Below are positions 9,512 through 18,559 of a DNA stretch of 64,000 nt, piece by piece (the stretch's first letter is position 1; each line of letters starts with the position of its first letter). A program made the translations under genes and the position numbers. The notes beneath the pieces were generated by a model. It did not search any database. It saw only the letters and a program-made list of their open reading frames with translations, and was not told the origin of the DNA. The DNA lies in NCBI GenBank assembly GCA_049642065.1, contig JBAROK010000099.1:6744-70743 (forward strand), given 5' to 3'. This DNA is from Candidatus Omnitrophota bacterium. GTDB taxonomy: Bacteria > Omnitrophota > Gorgyraeia > Tantalellales > Tantalellaceae.

Positions 9512-9832
9512 TCACGCAAGTTCGCCGATAAAAGATTCAACTGACTTTTTCATGATCTCCCAGTCTTCTTTCGAATGGATACCGAACTTTTGTTTGCGTT
9601 TCCAGCCGTCGTCTTTTTTCTGCCACAGGTAAAAACAGATCTGTTTCTTCGCGTAACTTTCAAGCAGAACTACTGCGGCCCACCAACCGAACTTTTTGTT
9701 CACAGTACGGAACTTAAGCACCCTTAAGGGGGCTTTTATCGGCAGTCTCTCTTCCTCGCCTTCTGCGCTCTTCTCTATAGGTAGCGCATGCTCCTCCTGC
9801 ACATCGGGTTCTTTTGAAATATCTTCAACCAT
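9512..9832 (-). CDS. Hypothetical protein, 106 aa, with an acidic N-terminus and a Trp/Lys-rich C-terminal domain
   Basis: The sequence LRVLKFRTVNKKFGWWAAVVLLESYAKKQICFYLWQKKDDGWKRK matches no recognised family. Its ATG overlaps the stop of the upstream wHTH gene (TAATG). Confidence 0.4.
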   Translation of the reverse strand: MVEDISKEPDVQEEHALPIEKSAEGEEERLPIKAPLRVLKFRTVNKKFGWWAAVVLLESYAKKQICFYLWQKKDDGWKRKQKFGIHSKEDWEIMKKSVESFIGELA

Positions 9833-10044
9833 TATTCTTCCCCCTTCTTTAATCTTACCGTATAGTTCGGCGTCTTGCCTTCAAGAACCATGTGTCCTTC
9901 CCTAGCAAGCCATCCTATACTCATTAGCATAAGATCTCTGTCTTTCTGCAAAGCACTAATAATGTCTCCTAACCTTGCTTCTTGATCATGATTCTCAAGA
10001 TACTCCCAGATCTCTCCCGCTACCAGTCCTATCCGCGTTATCAT
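9832..10044 (-). CDS. Small winged-helix DNA-binding protein, 70 aa
   Basis: MITRIGLVAGEIWEYLENH...LSKIISALQKDRDLMLMSIGWLAREGHMV-like winged-helix pattern. It is translationally coupled to the downstream 106-aa gene. Confidence 0.45.
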   Translation of the reverse strand: MITRIGLVAGEIWEYLENHDQEARLGDIISALQKDRDLMLMSIGWLAREGHMVLEGKTPNYTVRLKKGEE

Positions 10045-10327
10045 TCTTCACCCCCTTTCCTCTGCTCGCAAGAACTTTAGTCCCGTAAAATGTTCCACCT
10101 ACACCCCGTTGGTTATAACTTCCGCACTTGGGACATTTTGATATATCATCATGCCTACTGTCCACATAAGTGCTCGCGCAAATAGAACAATGCCAGATAT
10201 ATTTTTCGTCCGAAGAATAAGTCTTCAGTTTCGTCCCAAAATCAAAAAACGACCATATCAATAGAAGAAACACTGCCGTAAAAAGCAGGTATATAAATAA
10301 TGCCATAGAAATGTCCAGCTTTATCAT
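9995..10327 (-). CDS. Membrane-anchored zinc-ribbon protein, 110 aa
   Basis: One N-terminal TM helix (MALFIYLLFTAVFLLLIWSFF) is followed by a CxxC...CxxC ribbon (WHCSICASTYVDSRHDDISKCPKCGSYN). Its 3' end overlaps the start of the wHTH gene by 50 nt. Confidence 0.45.
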   Translation of the reverse strand: MIKLDISMALFIYLLFTAVFLLLIWSFFDFGTKLKTYSSDEKYIWHCSICASTYVDSRHDDISKCPKCGSYNQRGVGGTFYGTKVLASRGKGVKNDNADRTGSGRDLGVS

Positions 10328-11023
10328 TTAGTCGCTCCCAGCCTTCAGGATCACGTCCACAACATGCCATTCGTCCTTATCCGCGGCTTCCTGATGCGGC
10401 TCGAATATCCAACTTTTCGCAAATTCCGAAGCCATGATGTCAAGCTGTGGATATCCCGTCGTGGTCAATGGCTCAGACCGTTTTACTTTACCATCAGGGC
10501 GGACCAATACGTCTACCCTAATGTTATACTCCGCCTTCTCCCCGTAAAATCCGCTCATCATAACAGGCGGATCACCCTTATAAATGACTTTCCTCGAACT
10601 TACCCGAGAACTCTCACCTGCACCCCATCCCGGCAGCATGTACCTGTTACTGCTAAGCCCCAGATTCAATCCCGGCACTATCTTGGTCTCGGTCAGAAAA
10701 TCAAGTACCAGCGTATCCATTTTGCTTTCCTGGTATTTCGGGAAAGCCGGGACCAAAGATTCCCTCTTTGCCACCACCACCTTCAAGTAACCGTCTTTCG
10801 GAGAGAACCCCACGTGCCTGTAAGTCGTGCTCATGGTAGAGTCAATATTCTCAAGCATGATATCAAATGCTGTTTTCTTGAGTATAGGTCCGAGAAAAAC
10901 AACGCTGGTATACGTTCCCTTCCGCCTCATGTCATCCGGCGTAATTATTGTCACCGCGGACATGCCGAATAGATGCACCCCCAGCGATACAACCAATGCT
11001 ATGGTCAAATTCCTGCCGATCAT
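10328..11023 (-). CDS. TonB/TolA-like energy-transducer protein
   Basis: An N-terminal membrane anchor (LTIALVVSLGVHLFGMSAV) is followed by a C-terminal TonB-like domain (IRVDVLVRPDGKVKRSEPLTTTGYPQLDIMASEFAKSWIFEP). It lies downstream of exbB and exbD. Confidence 0.55.
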   Translation of the reverse strand: MIGRNLTIALVVSLGVHLFGMSAVTIITPDDMRRKGTYTSVVFLGPILKKTAFDIMLENIDSTMSTTYRHVGFSPKDGYLKVVVAKRESLVPAFPKYQESKMDTLVLDFLTETKIVPGLNLGLSSNRYMLPGWGAGESSRVSSRKVIYKGDPPVMMSGFYGEKAEYNIRVDVLVRPDGKVKRSEPLTTTGYPQLDIMASEFAKSWIFEPHQEAADKDEWHVVDVILKAGSD

Positions 11024-11037
11024 CGCCTTCCCAAAAG

Positions 11038-11451
11038 TTACTGCGTGGTAGCTATGTTTATCTGTCTTATATCCATTTGCCTGCAAATATCCCAAATCTC
11101 TATGACCTTGCCCATATCCGCGCTTTTATCAGACCTAATCAAGAGCGCCTGACCGTCCCGTGCCGCTACAGCAATACGGGAGATCAGCTCCTCGTTGGTA
11201 ACAGGTCTTTCATTCACAAGAATATCGTTGTCTTCGGTAACCGTTACAACGAGCAGTTCTTTATGAAGAACTTCGCTGGTAACGGCCCTGGGAAGGTTCA
11301 CTCTTATCCCCGGCTGGAATATAAAACTCGAAGTAAGCATAAAAAATATAAGGAGCAGGAACACCACGTCTATTAACGGCGTAATATCCAAACGTCCTTT
11401 TTCTAAAAATACTTTTCTTTTAAACTTCATCTGCTTCCCTCTTGGTGCCAA
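11038..11451 (-). CDS. exbD: Biopolymer transporter ExbD/TolR
   Basis: MKFKRKVFLEKGRLDITPLIDVVFLLLIFFM is the ExbD/TolR signature. The start may be the MKFKRK Met at 11430. Confidence 0.8.
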   Translation of the reverse strand: MAPRGKQMKFKRKVFLEKGRLDITPLIDVVFLLLIFFMLTSSFIFQPGIRVNLPRAVTSEVLHKELLVVTVTEDNDILVNERPVTNEELISRIAVAARDGQALLIRSDKSADMGKVIEIWDICRQMDIRQINIATTQ

Positions 11452-12052
11452 GTATGTTTATGACGTCAGTCGCGCTTTTCTCCATCTCCAGGACAAAGCC
11501 ATCTACCTTGCTTACCAAGAAATTATAAGCAACATAAGTAGGTATAGCGACCGCAAGACCCGCCACCGTGGTAATAAGAGCTTCCCATATGCCTCCGGCA
11601 AGATCTCCAGGGTTTACCGACATAAGAGCAGTCGCTTTCAGTTCTATCACCTGGAACGACCGGACCATCCCCGTTACAGTTCCCAACAGACCCAAAAGAG
11701 GCGATATGTGAGCAATCGTTGCCAGGGCGCTAAGGTTCTTCTCAAGCCTGGGCACCTCGTGTAACCCCGCGTCTTCTATTGCATCCTTTATCTCGACCCT
11801 GGGACGATCATGTTTGAGTATCCCAGCTTTAAGGATCTGAGCGATTGGACCGGGCATCGCGTTACATTTATCGATCGCTTCCACTATCTTGTTCCTTTTA
11901 AGCGTCTCGGCTATATCTTCCATGAAATCTTCTGTGTTTATTTCAGCTCGATGCAGCTGCCATAACTTTTCCAGCACAACCGCCAGCGCGATGATAGAGC
12001 ACAGAAGTATCAAAAACATCAACGGTCCGCCTTTAACTATAAGATCCCACAT
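11420..12052 (-). CDS. exbB: MotA/TolQ/ExbB proton-channel protein
   Basis: Three TM helices and the ExbB-like TVAGLAVAIP...LEMEKSATDV region are present. Confidence 0.8.
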   Translation of the reverse strand: MWDLIVKGGPLMFLILLCSIIALAVVLEKLWQLHRAEINTEDFMEDIAETLKRNKIVEAIDKCNAMPGPIAQILKAGILKHDRPRVEIKDAIEDAGLHEVPRLEKNLSALATIAHISPLLGLLGTVTGMVRSFQVIELKATALMSVNPGDLAGGIWEALITTVAGLAVAIPTYVAYNFLVSKVDGFVLEMEKSATDVINILGTKREADEV

Positions 12053-12087
12053 TTTTTTCCTCCTCGTAAATACCGGTTAAACCTTGC

Positions 12088-14565
12088 TTATCTTGCGTGA
12101 TGCCTCAAAAGTTCTATCTTCTCCTTGGCTATACGAGCTTCCTGCCCTTCTCCTTCAGCCAGTTTTTGATATATCGCGTATGCTCTTTTATATTCTCCCT
12201 GCTTTTCAAGCAGTTCCGCGCATCTTAGGTGAGCGCGCATAACCCAGAACTCCCCGCGGGGATACTTGTATTCGACTTTCATGTATTCTCCAACAGCCTC
12301 ATCGTCCATCCCGGCTTTTTCGTAACATTCGGCTATATCGAACTGTATCTGGGCGTTGGTCTCAGAGTTCTCTTGAGTAAGCGCCACCCGGAAGTATTCG
12401 ATAGCAAGGGGATATTTTTCCTGTATTTTCAATATGATGCCAATCCTGTTGTTAGCTATGTTCGTTATGTCGCTGTCGGGATATTTCTTTATAAGGTTCT
12501 TATATTTCGCTATTGCTTTGACATACTCGTTGCGTTTTTTGTGGATATCTCCCAGCGCGAGTATTGCCTGGGGTGCCCACTTACTGCCTGGACGTTCTTT
12601 TATTATCTCCTGGAACTGTTTCAAACTCTCTTTGACCCGGTTATCGTCATACAAAGTCCAGCCCAGCCAGTAAGACGCATCATCAGCAAAAGAACTCTCC
12701 GGGAATTCGTTTATCACTTCAGAAAAATATTTCTGCGCGTTCTTGAAATCCCCTTTGCTGTAGTAATATTCTCCGAACCAGAGTTTTGTGCCCGGCAAAA
12801 ACCGTCCGCCGCCGTTCTCGGCAGGCATCTGGTGAAAAATCTCAAGGGCTTTCCCCTCTTTTCCCATCTTATAGTAAGCCCATCCGGCATGATACCTCGC
12901 CCTCTGCGCAAGATCTTCGTCTTTAGAAGACTTGATAAGCTGCTCGTAGACCCCTACCGCCCGAGCATATTCACCGCTATTATAAAATGAATTGGCTTTC
13001 TGGAGATACGCTTCGTTAATAAGCTTGCTGCTGTGAAAATCTTTGATAACACGATCGAACTGATCTATTGCGGTCTTGTAGTCACCTTTCTGCGCGTATA
13101 GCATGCCCAACTGGTAATGTGTCTTGTCAAGCAGGCTAGACCCGGAGAAATTCACTACCAGCGACTGGAACGCAAGTATTGCGGCGTCTTCTCTATTCAT
13201 TTTTTTGAGCAGTGTCCCAACTTCATACTGAGCGCTATCAGCAAGAATACTGTGAGGAAAATCCCTCAGCACCCTGTCGTACACGTCTATCGCCTGTCCG
13301 TTTTCGTCCATCCCCTGAAGGATATCTCCTATGCTGCAAAGCGCACTCACAACAAGATCCTCATTGTCCGAGGCTTCTACCGTCATATCGAACTGTTCAA
13401 GTGCTTTTTTTTCGTCACCGGAACCAAGATACGCCCACCCAAGATTGTAATGCATCGCATCCGAGAATTCTCCGCTGGGAAACTTTTCCAGGGCATCACG
13501 GTAAACTTTTATCGCACCGCTCATATCCCCCGCCTTATAGAGAACTTCCCCCATCCAGTAGTACGCGTCATCTGTCCATTCGTTCTGTGGCACTTCATCT
13601 ATTATCTTCGTATAGGCAGCTACTGCTTTCTCCCTTGATTCCCTGTCGGCTGTATTTTCTTCCGACCTTTTTAGGTTAATCCTGGCCGAACCCATTAGAG
13701 CAGCACTCTTCGTTGAAGCATCCTCACTGTCTTCGATAGACATCTCAAACCATCCCTCAGCTGTAGGCAAATCTCCAAGCTGCAAATAAGACCTTGCGAT
13801 CTTATATTCGGCTATCGCTACCCACGGTTTATCGCTGCGACCCTGCAAAGCGTTCTTCAGATCGACTACCGCTTCAGGAAACTCTTCCAGTTTATAATGA
13901 CAATCCCCGAGCATATAATACGCATCAAATATCCGTTCATTAACGGGATATTCCCTGGAAAAAGCTTTTAATTCCGGTACGGCTTCACGATAACGTCCAT
14001 CCCTATAAAGAATCTCTGCTATCTTATACTTCGCCTTTATCGCAAGCTCACTCTGCGGATACCGTTTGATAACTTCCCGGAACGCATCTACCGCAACCGG
14101 ATATTCTCCCATCTTCTCATAACACCATGCTTGTGAATAGTATGAGTAAGGTGCATATCCGCTCGTCGGATGTGCCTCTACCACAAGCTGGTAATACGCC
14201 AGCGCCTGCTCAAAATCGTTTTCACTGAAATAAACTTCGGCTACCCAGTAAGAGGCAGCTGAGGAAAGTTCTCCGTTTTTAAACCGGTCTAGAACAATAT
14301 CGAATTCGGTAAGCGCTTTTGCTGGAAGGTCCTGCTCATAATAAATCCTTCCGAGAAGCAAGTGAACTTCTCCTTCGATATCTCTTGGCATATCCATGAC
14401 CAGTAAAGAGCTCAACTTATTTTCGGCAAGATCATAGAATCCGTCTTTGATAGCTTTACGAGCGAAATCAAGTTCGGACTGGAATGTTTGCTCTTCGCAT
14501 TCCGAGGGGATGCTCCCCAATAGAACGAATATCACCAAAAGGCATATTATTTTTTTGCTATTCAT
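12088..14565 (-). CDS. Large secreted tetratricopeptide-repeat protein, 825 aa
   Basis: A signal peptide is followed by more than 15 TPR-like repeats (W/Y-rich A...Y..G.Y..A patterns throughout). It heads the exbB-exbD-tonB-like operon. Confidence 0.75.
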   Translation of the reverse strand: MNSKKIICLLVIFVLLGSIPSECEEQTFQSELDFARKAIKDGFYDLAENKLSSLLVMDMPRDIEGEVHLLLGRIYYEQDLPAKALTEFDIVLDRFKNGELSSAASYWVAEVYFSENDFEQALAYYQLVVEAHPTSGYAPYSYYSQAWCYEKMGEYPVAVDAFREVIKRYPQSELAIKAKYKIAEILYRDGRYREAVPELKAFSREYPVNERIFDAYYMLGDCHYKLEEFPEAVVDLKNALQGRSDKPWVAIAEYKIARSYLQLGDLPTAEGWFEMSIEDSEDASTKSAALMGSARINLKRSEENTADRESREKAVAAYTKIIDEVPQNEWTDDAYYWMGEVLYKAGDMSGAIKVYRDALEKFPSGEFSDAMHYNLGWAYLGSGDEKKALEQFDMTVEASDNEDLVVSALCSIGDILQGMDENGQAIDVYDRVLRDFPHSILADSAQYEVGTLLKKMNREDAAILAFQSLVVNFSGSSLLDKTHYQLGMLYAQKGDYKTAIDQFDRVIKDFHSSKLINEAYLQKANSFYNSGEYARAVGVYEQLIKSSKDEDLAQRARYHAGWAYYKMGKEGKALEIFHQMPAENGGGRFLPGTKLWFGEYYYSKGDFKNAQKYFSEVINEFPESSFADDASYWLGWTLYDDNRVKESLKQFQEIIKERPGSKWAPQAILALGDIHKKRNEYVKAIAKYKNLIKKYPDSDITNIANNRIGIILKIQEKYPLAIEYFRVALTQENSETNAQIQFDIAECYEKAGMDDEAVGEYMKVEYKYPRGEFWVMRAHLRCAELLEKQGEYKRAYAIYQKLAEGEGQEARIAKEKIELLRHHAR

Positions 14566-14664
14566 CTCTTATACGCTAATTATATGTTAATTGTATGGTA
14601 AGAAACTGCTATTATGCTAACAGAATAAGGCTTTTACATCAAGGGCTTTTTATTTAACGTAGGA

Positions 14665-17478
14665 TTATTTGAGGACCTTTTTCAGGTATTTTCCCGTATG
14701 TGATCGTTTATCAGCGACTACTTCCTCCGGTGTGCCGTTTGCGACCAATTCTCCGCCTTTGTCTCCCCCTTCGGGCCCGAGATCGATGATATGATCCGCG
14801 GATTTTATAACGTCCAGGTTATGCTCAATTACCAAGACCGTATTGCCAGCTGAAACCAAGGTATGCAGGACATCCAACAGTTTATGTATATCGGCGAAAT
14901 GCAGGCCGGTAGTAGGCTCGTCCAGGATATACAGGGTCCTGCCTGTTGCTGTTTTAGAAAGCTCCGTTGAGAGTTTTACCCTTTGCGCTTCGCCACCGGA
15001 TAAGGTCGTCGCCGGTTGCCCCAGCCTGATATACCCGAGCCCTACATCGTAAAGGGTATGGAGCTTATTCTTGACCGTAGGTATGTTCTCAAACACTTTA
15101 AGAGCATCTTCAATGCTTAAATTGAGGATCTCCGAAATACTATATCCTTTGTACCTTATCTCAAGTGTCTGGTCATTGAAACGCTTACCGTTACAGACCT
15201 GGCACTGGACATAAACATCCGGCAGAAAATGCATCTCGATCTTTTTTACCCCATCCCCCTGACAGGCCTCACAGCGTCCGCCCTTAACATTAAAACTGAA
15301 TCTGCCCGGTTTATAGCCGCGCATTCTCGATTCAGGCAAAGAACTGAAAAGTTTGCGTATCGGGTCAAATGCGCCAGTGTAAGTAGCAGGATTCGACCGA
15401 GGGGTCCGGCCAATAGGTGACTGGTCTATCACAATGACCTTATCTATATTCTGTATACCGTTTATTCTCTTATGCTTGCCCGGCTTCAGCTTGCTCCTGT
15501 AGAACTTTTTCGCAAGAGACCGGTAAAGGATTTCGTCAATAAGCGTACTCTTACCTGACCCTGAAACACCTGTCACGCAGTTGAAAAGACCCAGCGGTAT
15601 CTTGACGTTTATGTTCTTCAAGTTATGCTCGGAAGCACCCATCACTTCAAGGCATTTTTTACTGTTGTATTTTCTTCTCGTCTCGGGCACCTCTATCCGG
15701 AGATCCCCTCTTAAGTATTTTCCGGTAAGCGATCTTGTGCATTTAAGTATATCGTCTAGTTTCCCCTGCGCTATGACTTCCCCGCCATGTTCGCCCGCAC
15801 CCGGCCCCAGATCTATCAAGTGATCCGCTTTTCGTATTGTAGCTTCGTCATGCTCCACAACAACAAGCGTATTCCCTAAATCCCTCAAAGCAAACAGAGT
15901 ATCCAACAGTTTCTGGTTGTCCCTCTGATGAAGACCTATGCTGGGTTCATCCAGCACATAAAGCACGCCTACCAGCCCAGCCCCTATTTGTGTCGCCAGT
16001 CTTATACGCTGGTCTTCACCGCCGGAAAGCGTGTTGCTCTTCCGGTCTAAAGTAAGATAATCAAGCCCGACGTTCAGCATAAAATCCAACCGAGCCTGTA
16101 TTTCCTTCATGGCCTCTTCAGCTATTTTTTTCTTCATAGCGTCCAGCTTAAGCTTCGAGAAATACGTTTTCGCTTCGTTTATCGACATTTTGCCTACATC
16201 TGCTATATTCTTCTTTCCGATAAAAACATTAAGCGATTCCGCCCTCAGCCGTTGCCCCTTGCAATCCGGGCAAGGCTGAACCGACATGAACCCACCTATC
16301 ATTTCTTTGATAAAATCGCTTCCAGAATGCTGAAAACGGCGCTCCAGATTTGGTATTACTCCTTCAAAACCTGATTCCATATCCCCGTAGAGAACCATAT
16401 CCTCCTGTTTAGCAGTTAGTTTTTCGAATGGTTGCTCATAATCAAACCCCTGATTCCGAGCTAATCGCCGCAGCTGCCTACGATAATGGATCACTATTCC
16501 TTTACCGCCCCTCTTCCAGGGAACAACAGCCCTTAGAAGCGATTCGGATTTATCCGGTATCAACAGTTCCAGATCTATCTCCATCTTGTTCCCGAGACCG
16601 TTACATGTAGGACAAGCCCCATAAGGACTGTTGAATGAAAAATTCCTTGGAGCCAGTTTTTCGAAACTTATCCCGCATTCAACGCAGGCGTTCTGCTCGC
16701 TGAGAAGAATATCCTCGGCAATAGCTTTTTCACCTTTATCCGCCGCTGCGATTATAATAACACCTGCACCAAGCTTAAGAGCTATCTCTACCGAATCCGA
16801 AAGCCTCGAACGTATCCCCCCCTTAAGAACAAGCCTATCTACGACAGCCTCTATGGTATGCTTCACTTTTTTGTTAAGACGGGGTATACTGTCGCCAATA
16901 TCCACAATTTTATCGTCCAGTCTCACCCGTACGAGACCGTCTTTACGCGCATTCTTCATTATTTCAACATGCTCGCCCTTCCGGCCCCTTACAAGTGGCG
17001 CTAGTATCAACATCTTAGTACCCTTGGGCAACGATAATATGCGATCCACTATCTGTTGGGAACTTTGACTGGATATTTCTTTGCCGCATTTGGGACAATG
17101 CTGGGTGCCTATTCTGGAAAAAAGTACTCTGAGATAATCGTAGATCTCGGTCTGTGTACCTACAGTAGAACGAGGATTACGTCCACCCGATCTCTGCTCA
17201 ATGCTAATGGTCGGCGACAATCCTTCGATATAATCCATGTGAGGTTTCTGGAGCTGTTCGATAAACTGCCTCGCATAACTGGACAAAGACTCCACGTAAC
17301 GCCTCTGTCCTTCAGCATATAGCGTGTCGAAGGCAAGGGACGATTTGCCGGACCCCGAAAGACCTGTCACAACGCACATAACGTCCCGGGGAATGCGCAG
17401 GTCTATGTTCTTGAGGTTATGCTCTCTTGCCCCTTTTATAACTATAAATTCTTTGCCCATAGGTGATAATTGTATCAT
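14665..17478 (-). CDS. uvrA: Excinuclease ABC subunit A
   Basis: The 937-aa product has two ABC ATPase modules ([12 protein letters not shown] and [11 protein letters not shown]), zinc-finger cysteines and LSGGE signatures. Confidence 0.95.
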   Translation of the reverse strand: MIQLSPMGKEFIVIKGAREHNLKNIDLRIPRDVMCVVTGLSGSGKSSLAFDTLYAEGQRRYVESLSSYARQFIEQLQKPHMDYIEGLSPTISIEQRSGGRNPRSTVGTQTEIYDYLRVLFSRIGTQHCPKCGKEISSQSSQQIVDRILSLPKGTKMLILAPLVRGRKGEHVEIMKNARKDGLVRVRLDDKIVDIGDSIPRLNKKVKHTIEAVVDRLVLKGGIRSRLSDSVEIALKLGAGVIIIAAADKGEKAIAEDILLSEQNACVECGISFEKLAPRNFSFNSPYGACPTCNGLGNKMEIDLELLIPDKSESLLRAVVPWKRGGKGIVIHYRRQLRRLARNQGFDYEQPFEKLTAKQEDMVLYGDMESGFEGVIPNLERRFQHSGSDFIKEMIGGFMSVQPCPDCKGQRLRAESLNVFIGKKNIADVGKMSINEAKTYFSKLKLDAMKKKIAEEAMKEIQARLDFMLNVGLDYLTLDRKSNTLSGGEDQRIRLATQIGAGLVGVLYVLDEPSIGLHQRDNQKLLDTLFALRDLGNTLVVVEHDEATIRKADHLIDLGPGAGEHGGEVIAQGKLDDILKCTRSLTGKYLRGDLRIEVPETRRKYNSKKCLEVMGASEHNLKNINVKIPLGLFNCVTGVSGSGKSTLIDEILYRSLAKKFYRSKLKPGKHKRINGIQNIDKVIVIDQSPIGRTPRSNPATYTGAFDPIRKLFSSLPESRMRGYKPGRFSFNVKGGRCEACQGDGVKKIEMHFLPDVYVQCQVCNGKRFNDQTLEIRYKGYSISEILNLSIEDALKVFENIPTVKNKLHTLYDVGLGYIRLGQPATTLSGGEAQRVKLSTELSKTATGRTLYILDEPTTGLHFADIHKLLDVLHTLVSAGNTVLVIEHNLDVIKSADHIIDLGPEGGDKGGELVANGTPEEVVADKRSHTGKYLKKVLK

Positions 17479-17608
17479 ATGTATATCATAAGGACAAGCT
17501 GGCCTGCTTTTTCAGTATAGTAGAAATTTAGTTTGATAAAATATAAAAAATACTGTATATTAAAAGCTGAGGTTAACTGTAATCTTATTAGACCGAAAGG
17601 AGATATAT

Positions 17609-18160
17609 ATGAAGATAGGAAAAAGTATTCGTTATCTAAGAAAAGAAAGAGACATGACCCTTGAGGACCTTGCTAAAAAGAGCGGCGTCGCTCTCGCGAC
17701 ACTCAGCCGCATGGAAAATGACAAAATGACCGGCACCTTGGCTTCGCACAACAGGATCTGCAAGGCTCTTAATACATCCATCGCTGAACTTTACCGTGAA
17801 CTTGAAGACGAATCTAAAACGGTCGAAGCCGTTCCAAAGAAAAAACGTACTGAGCATTTTGTTCACGCTAAAAAAGCGAAATATGAGCTTCTTGTCGAAA
17901 AAGTGATGGATAAGAAACTCATGCCGCTCATGATTAAGATCTCAAATGGAGGTGAAACCCAGAAAGAGCAAAACAAGCCCGGCGTTGAAAAATTCATCTA
18001 TATGATATCAGGTTCCATAGAAGCAACTGTCGGCTCTGAAACTTACAGCCTCAAGCATGGGGACAGCCTTTATTTTGACGCGTCTCTTCCCCACACTTTC
18101 AAAAATAAGAGCAAAACAGAAGCTGAAGCAATGTGTGTGATTTCACCACCGGCACTTTAA
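17609..18160 (+). CDS. XRE-family HTH transcriptional regulator with a C-terminal cupin domain
   Basis: The N-terminal HTH is IRYLRKERDMTLEDLAKKSGVALATLSRMEN. The C-terminal cupin is EKFIYMISGSIEATVGSETYSLKHGDSLYFDASLPHTFKN. The gene is divergent from uvrA. Confidence 0.75.
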   Translation: MKIGKSIRYLRKERDMTLEDLAKKSGVALATLSRMENDKMTGTLASHNRICKALNTSIAELYRELEDESKTVEAVPKKKRTEHFVHAKKAKYELLVEKVMDKKLMPLMIKISNGGETQKEQNKPGVEKFIYMISGSIEATVGSETYSLKHGDSLYFDASLPHTFKNKSKTEAEAMCVISPPAL

Positions 18161-18201
18161 AGATAACCAATGTTTACAATATATAAGTGAAAGGAGAAAA
18201 G

Positions 18202-18558
18202 ATGAGCGTTCGCAAAAGAATATTGATATGTGATGATGAGCTAGGCATCAGGGAATCCCTTAAACTGATCCTGGAGGATGACTACGATCTGGATTTTGCC
18301 TCGTCTGGCACTGAAGCTATTAACAAAATAAAAGATTCATCTTTTGACGGGCTGATACTAGATATAAAAATGCCTACTAAAGATGGTCTGGAAACACTAG
18401 CAGAAGTTAAAGAAATCTCCCCCGAAACTAAGGTTATAATCGCTACAGGATACCAAAGCGTCGAAACAGCCTCTAAAGCAGTAAAACTGGGAGCTATAGA
18501 CTATATCACTAAGCCGTTTGAAAGTGAAGAAGTCTTAGAAAAGGTTAGTAAAATTTGA
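18202..18558 (+). CDS. Single-domain response regulator (CheY-like receiver)
   Basis: ILICDDELGIRESL...GLILDIKMPTKDG...YITKPF is a receiver domain. An AGGAG sits 8 nt upstream of the ATG at 18202, and the stop is 1 nt from the downstream kinase start. Confidence 0.8.
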   Translation: MSVRKRILICDDELGIRESLKLILEDDYDLDFASSGTEAINKIKDSSFDGLILDIKMPTKDGLETLAEVKEISPETKVIIATGYQSVETASKAVKLGAIDYITKPFESEEVLEKVSKI

Positions 18559-18559
18559 T

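Noticed and set aside
10364-10972. Long antisense ORFs (10364..10972, 12229..12990, 13117..13679, 27701..28909, 30523..31248, 53038..53793 and several shorter ones).
   Set aside because: Each lies fully inside, and antisense to, a well-supported gene (tonB-like, TPR, ftsK, pnp, the RND pump). Their products are low-complexity (S/T/L/R-rich) and lack starts with ribosome-binding sites. They are typical shadow ORFs of the sense genes.
14566-14664. Possible terminator or repeat (AAGGCTTTT...AAGGGCTTTTTATTT) between the TPR gene start and the uvrA end.
   Set aside because: The two elements are direct repeats, not inverted repeats, so no convincing hairpin forms. I could not support an intrinsic terminator call.
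17479-17608. Possible LexA/SOS box in the divergent uvrA / XRE-regulator intergenic region (TACTGTATAT at about 17567).
   Set aside because: Only the left half-site of the E. coli-type CTGT-N8-ACAG box is present, with no ACAG partner. No Bacillus-type GAAC-N4-GTTC box is present either. I treat it as chance in AT-rich promoter DNA.
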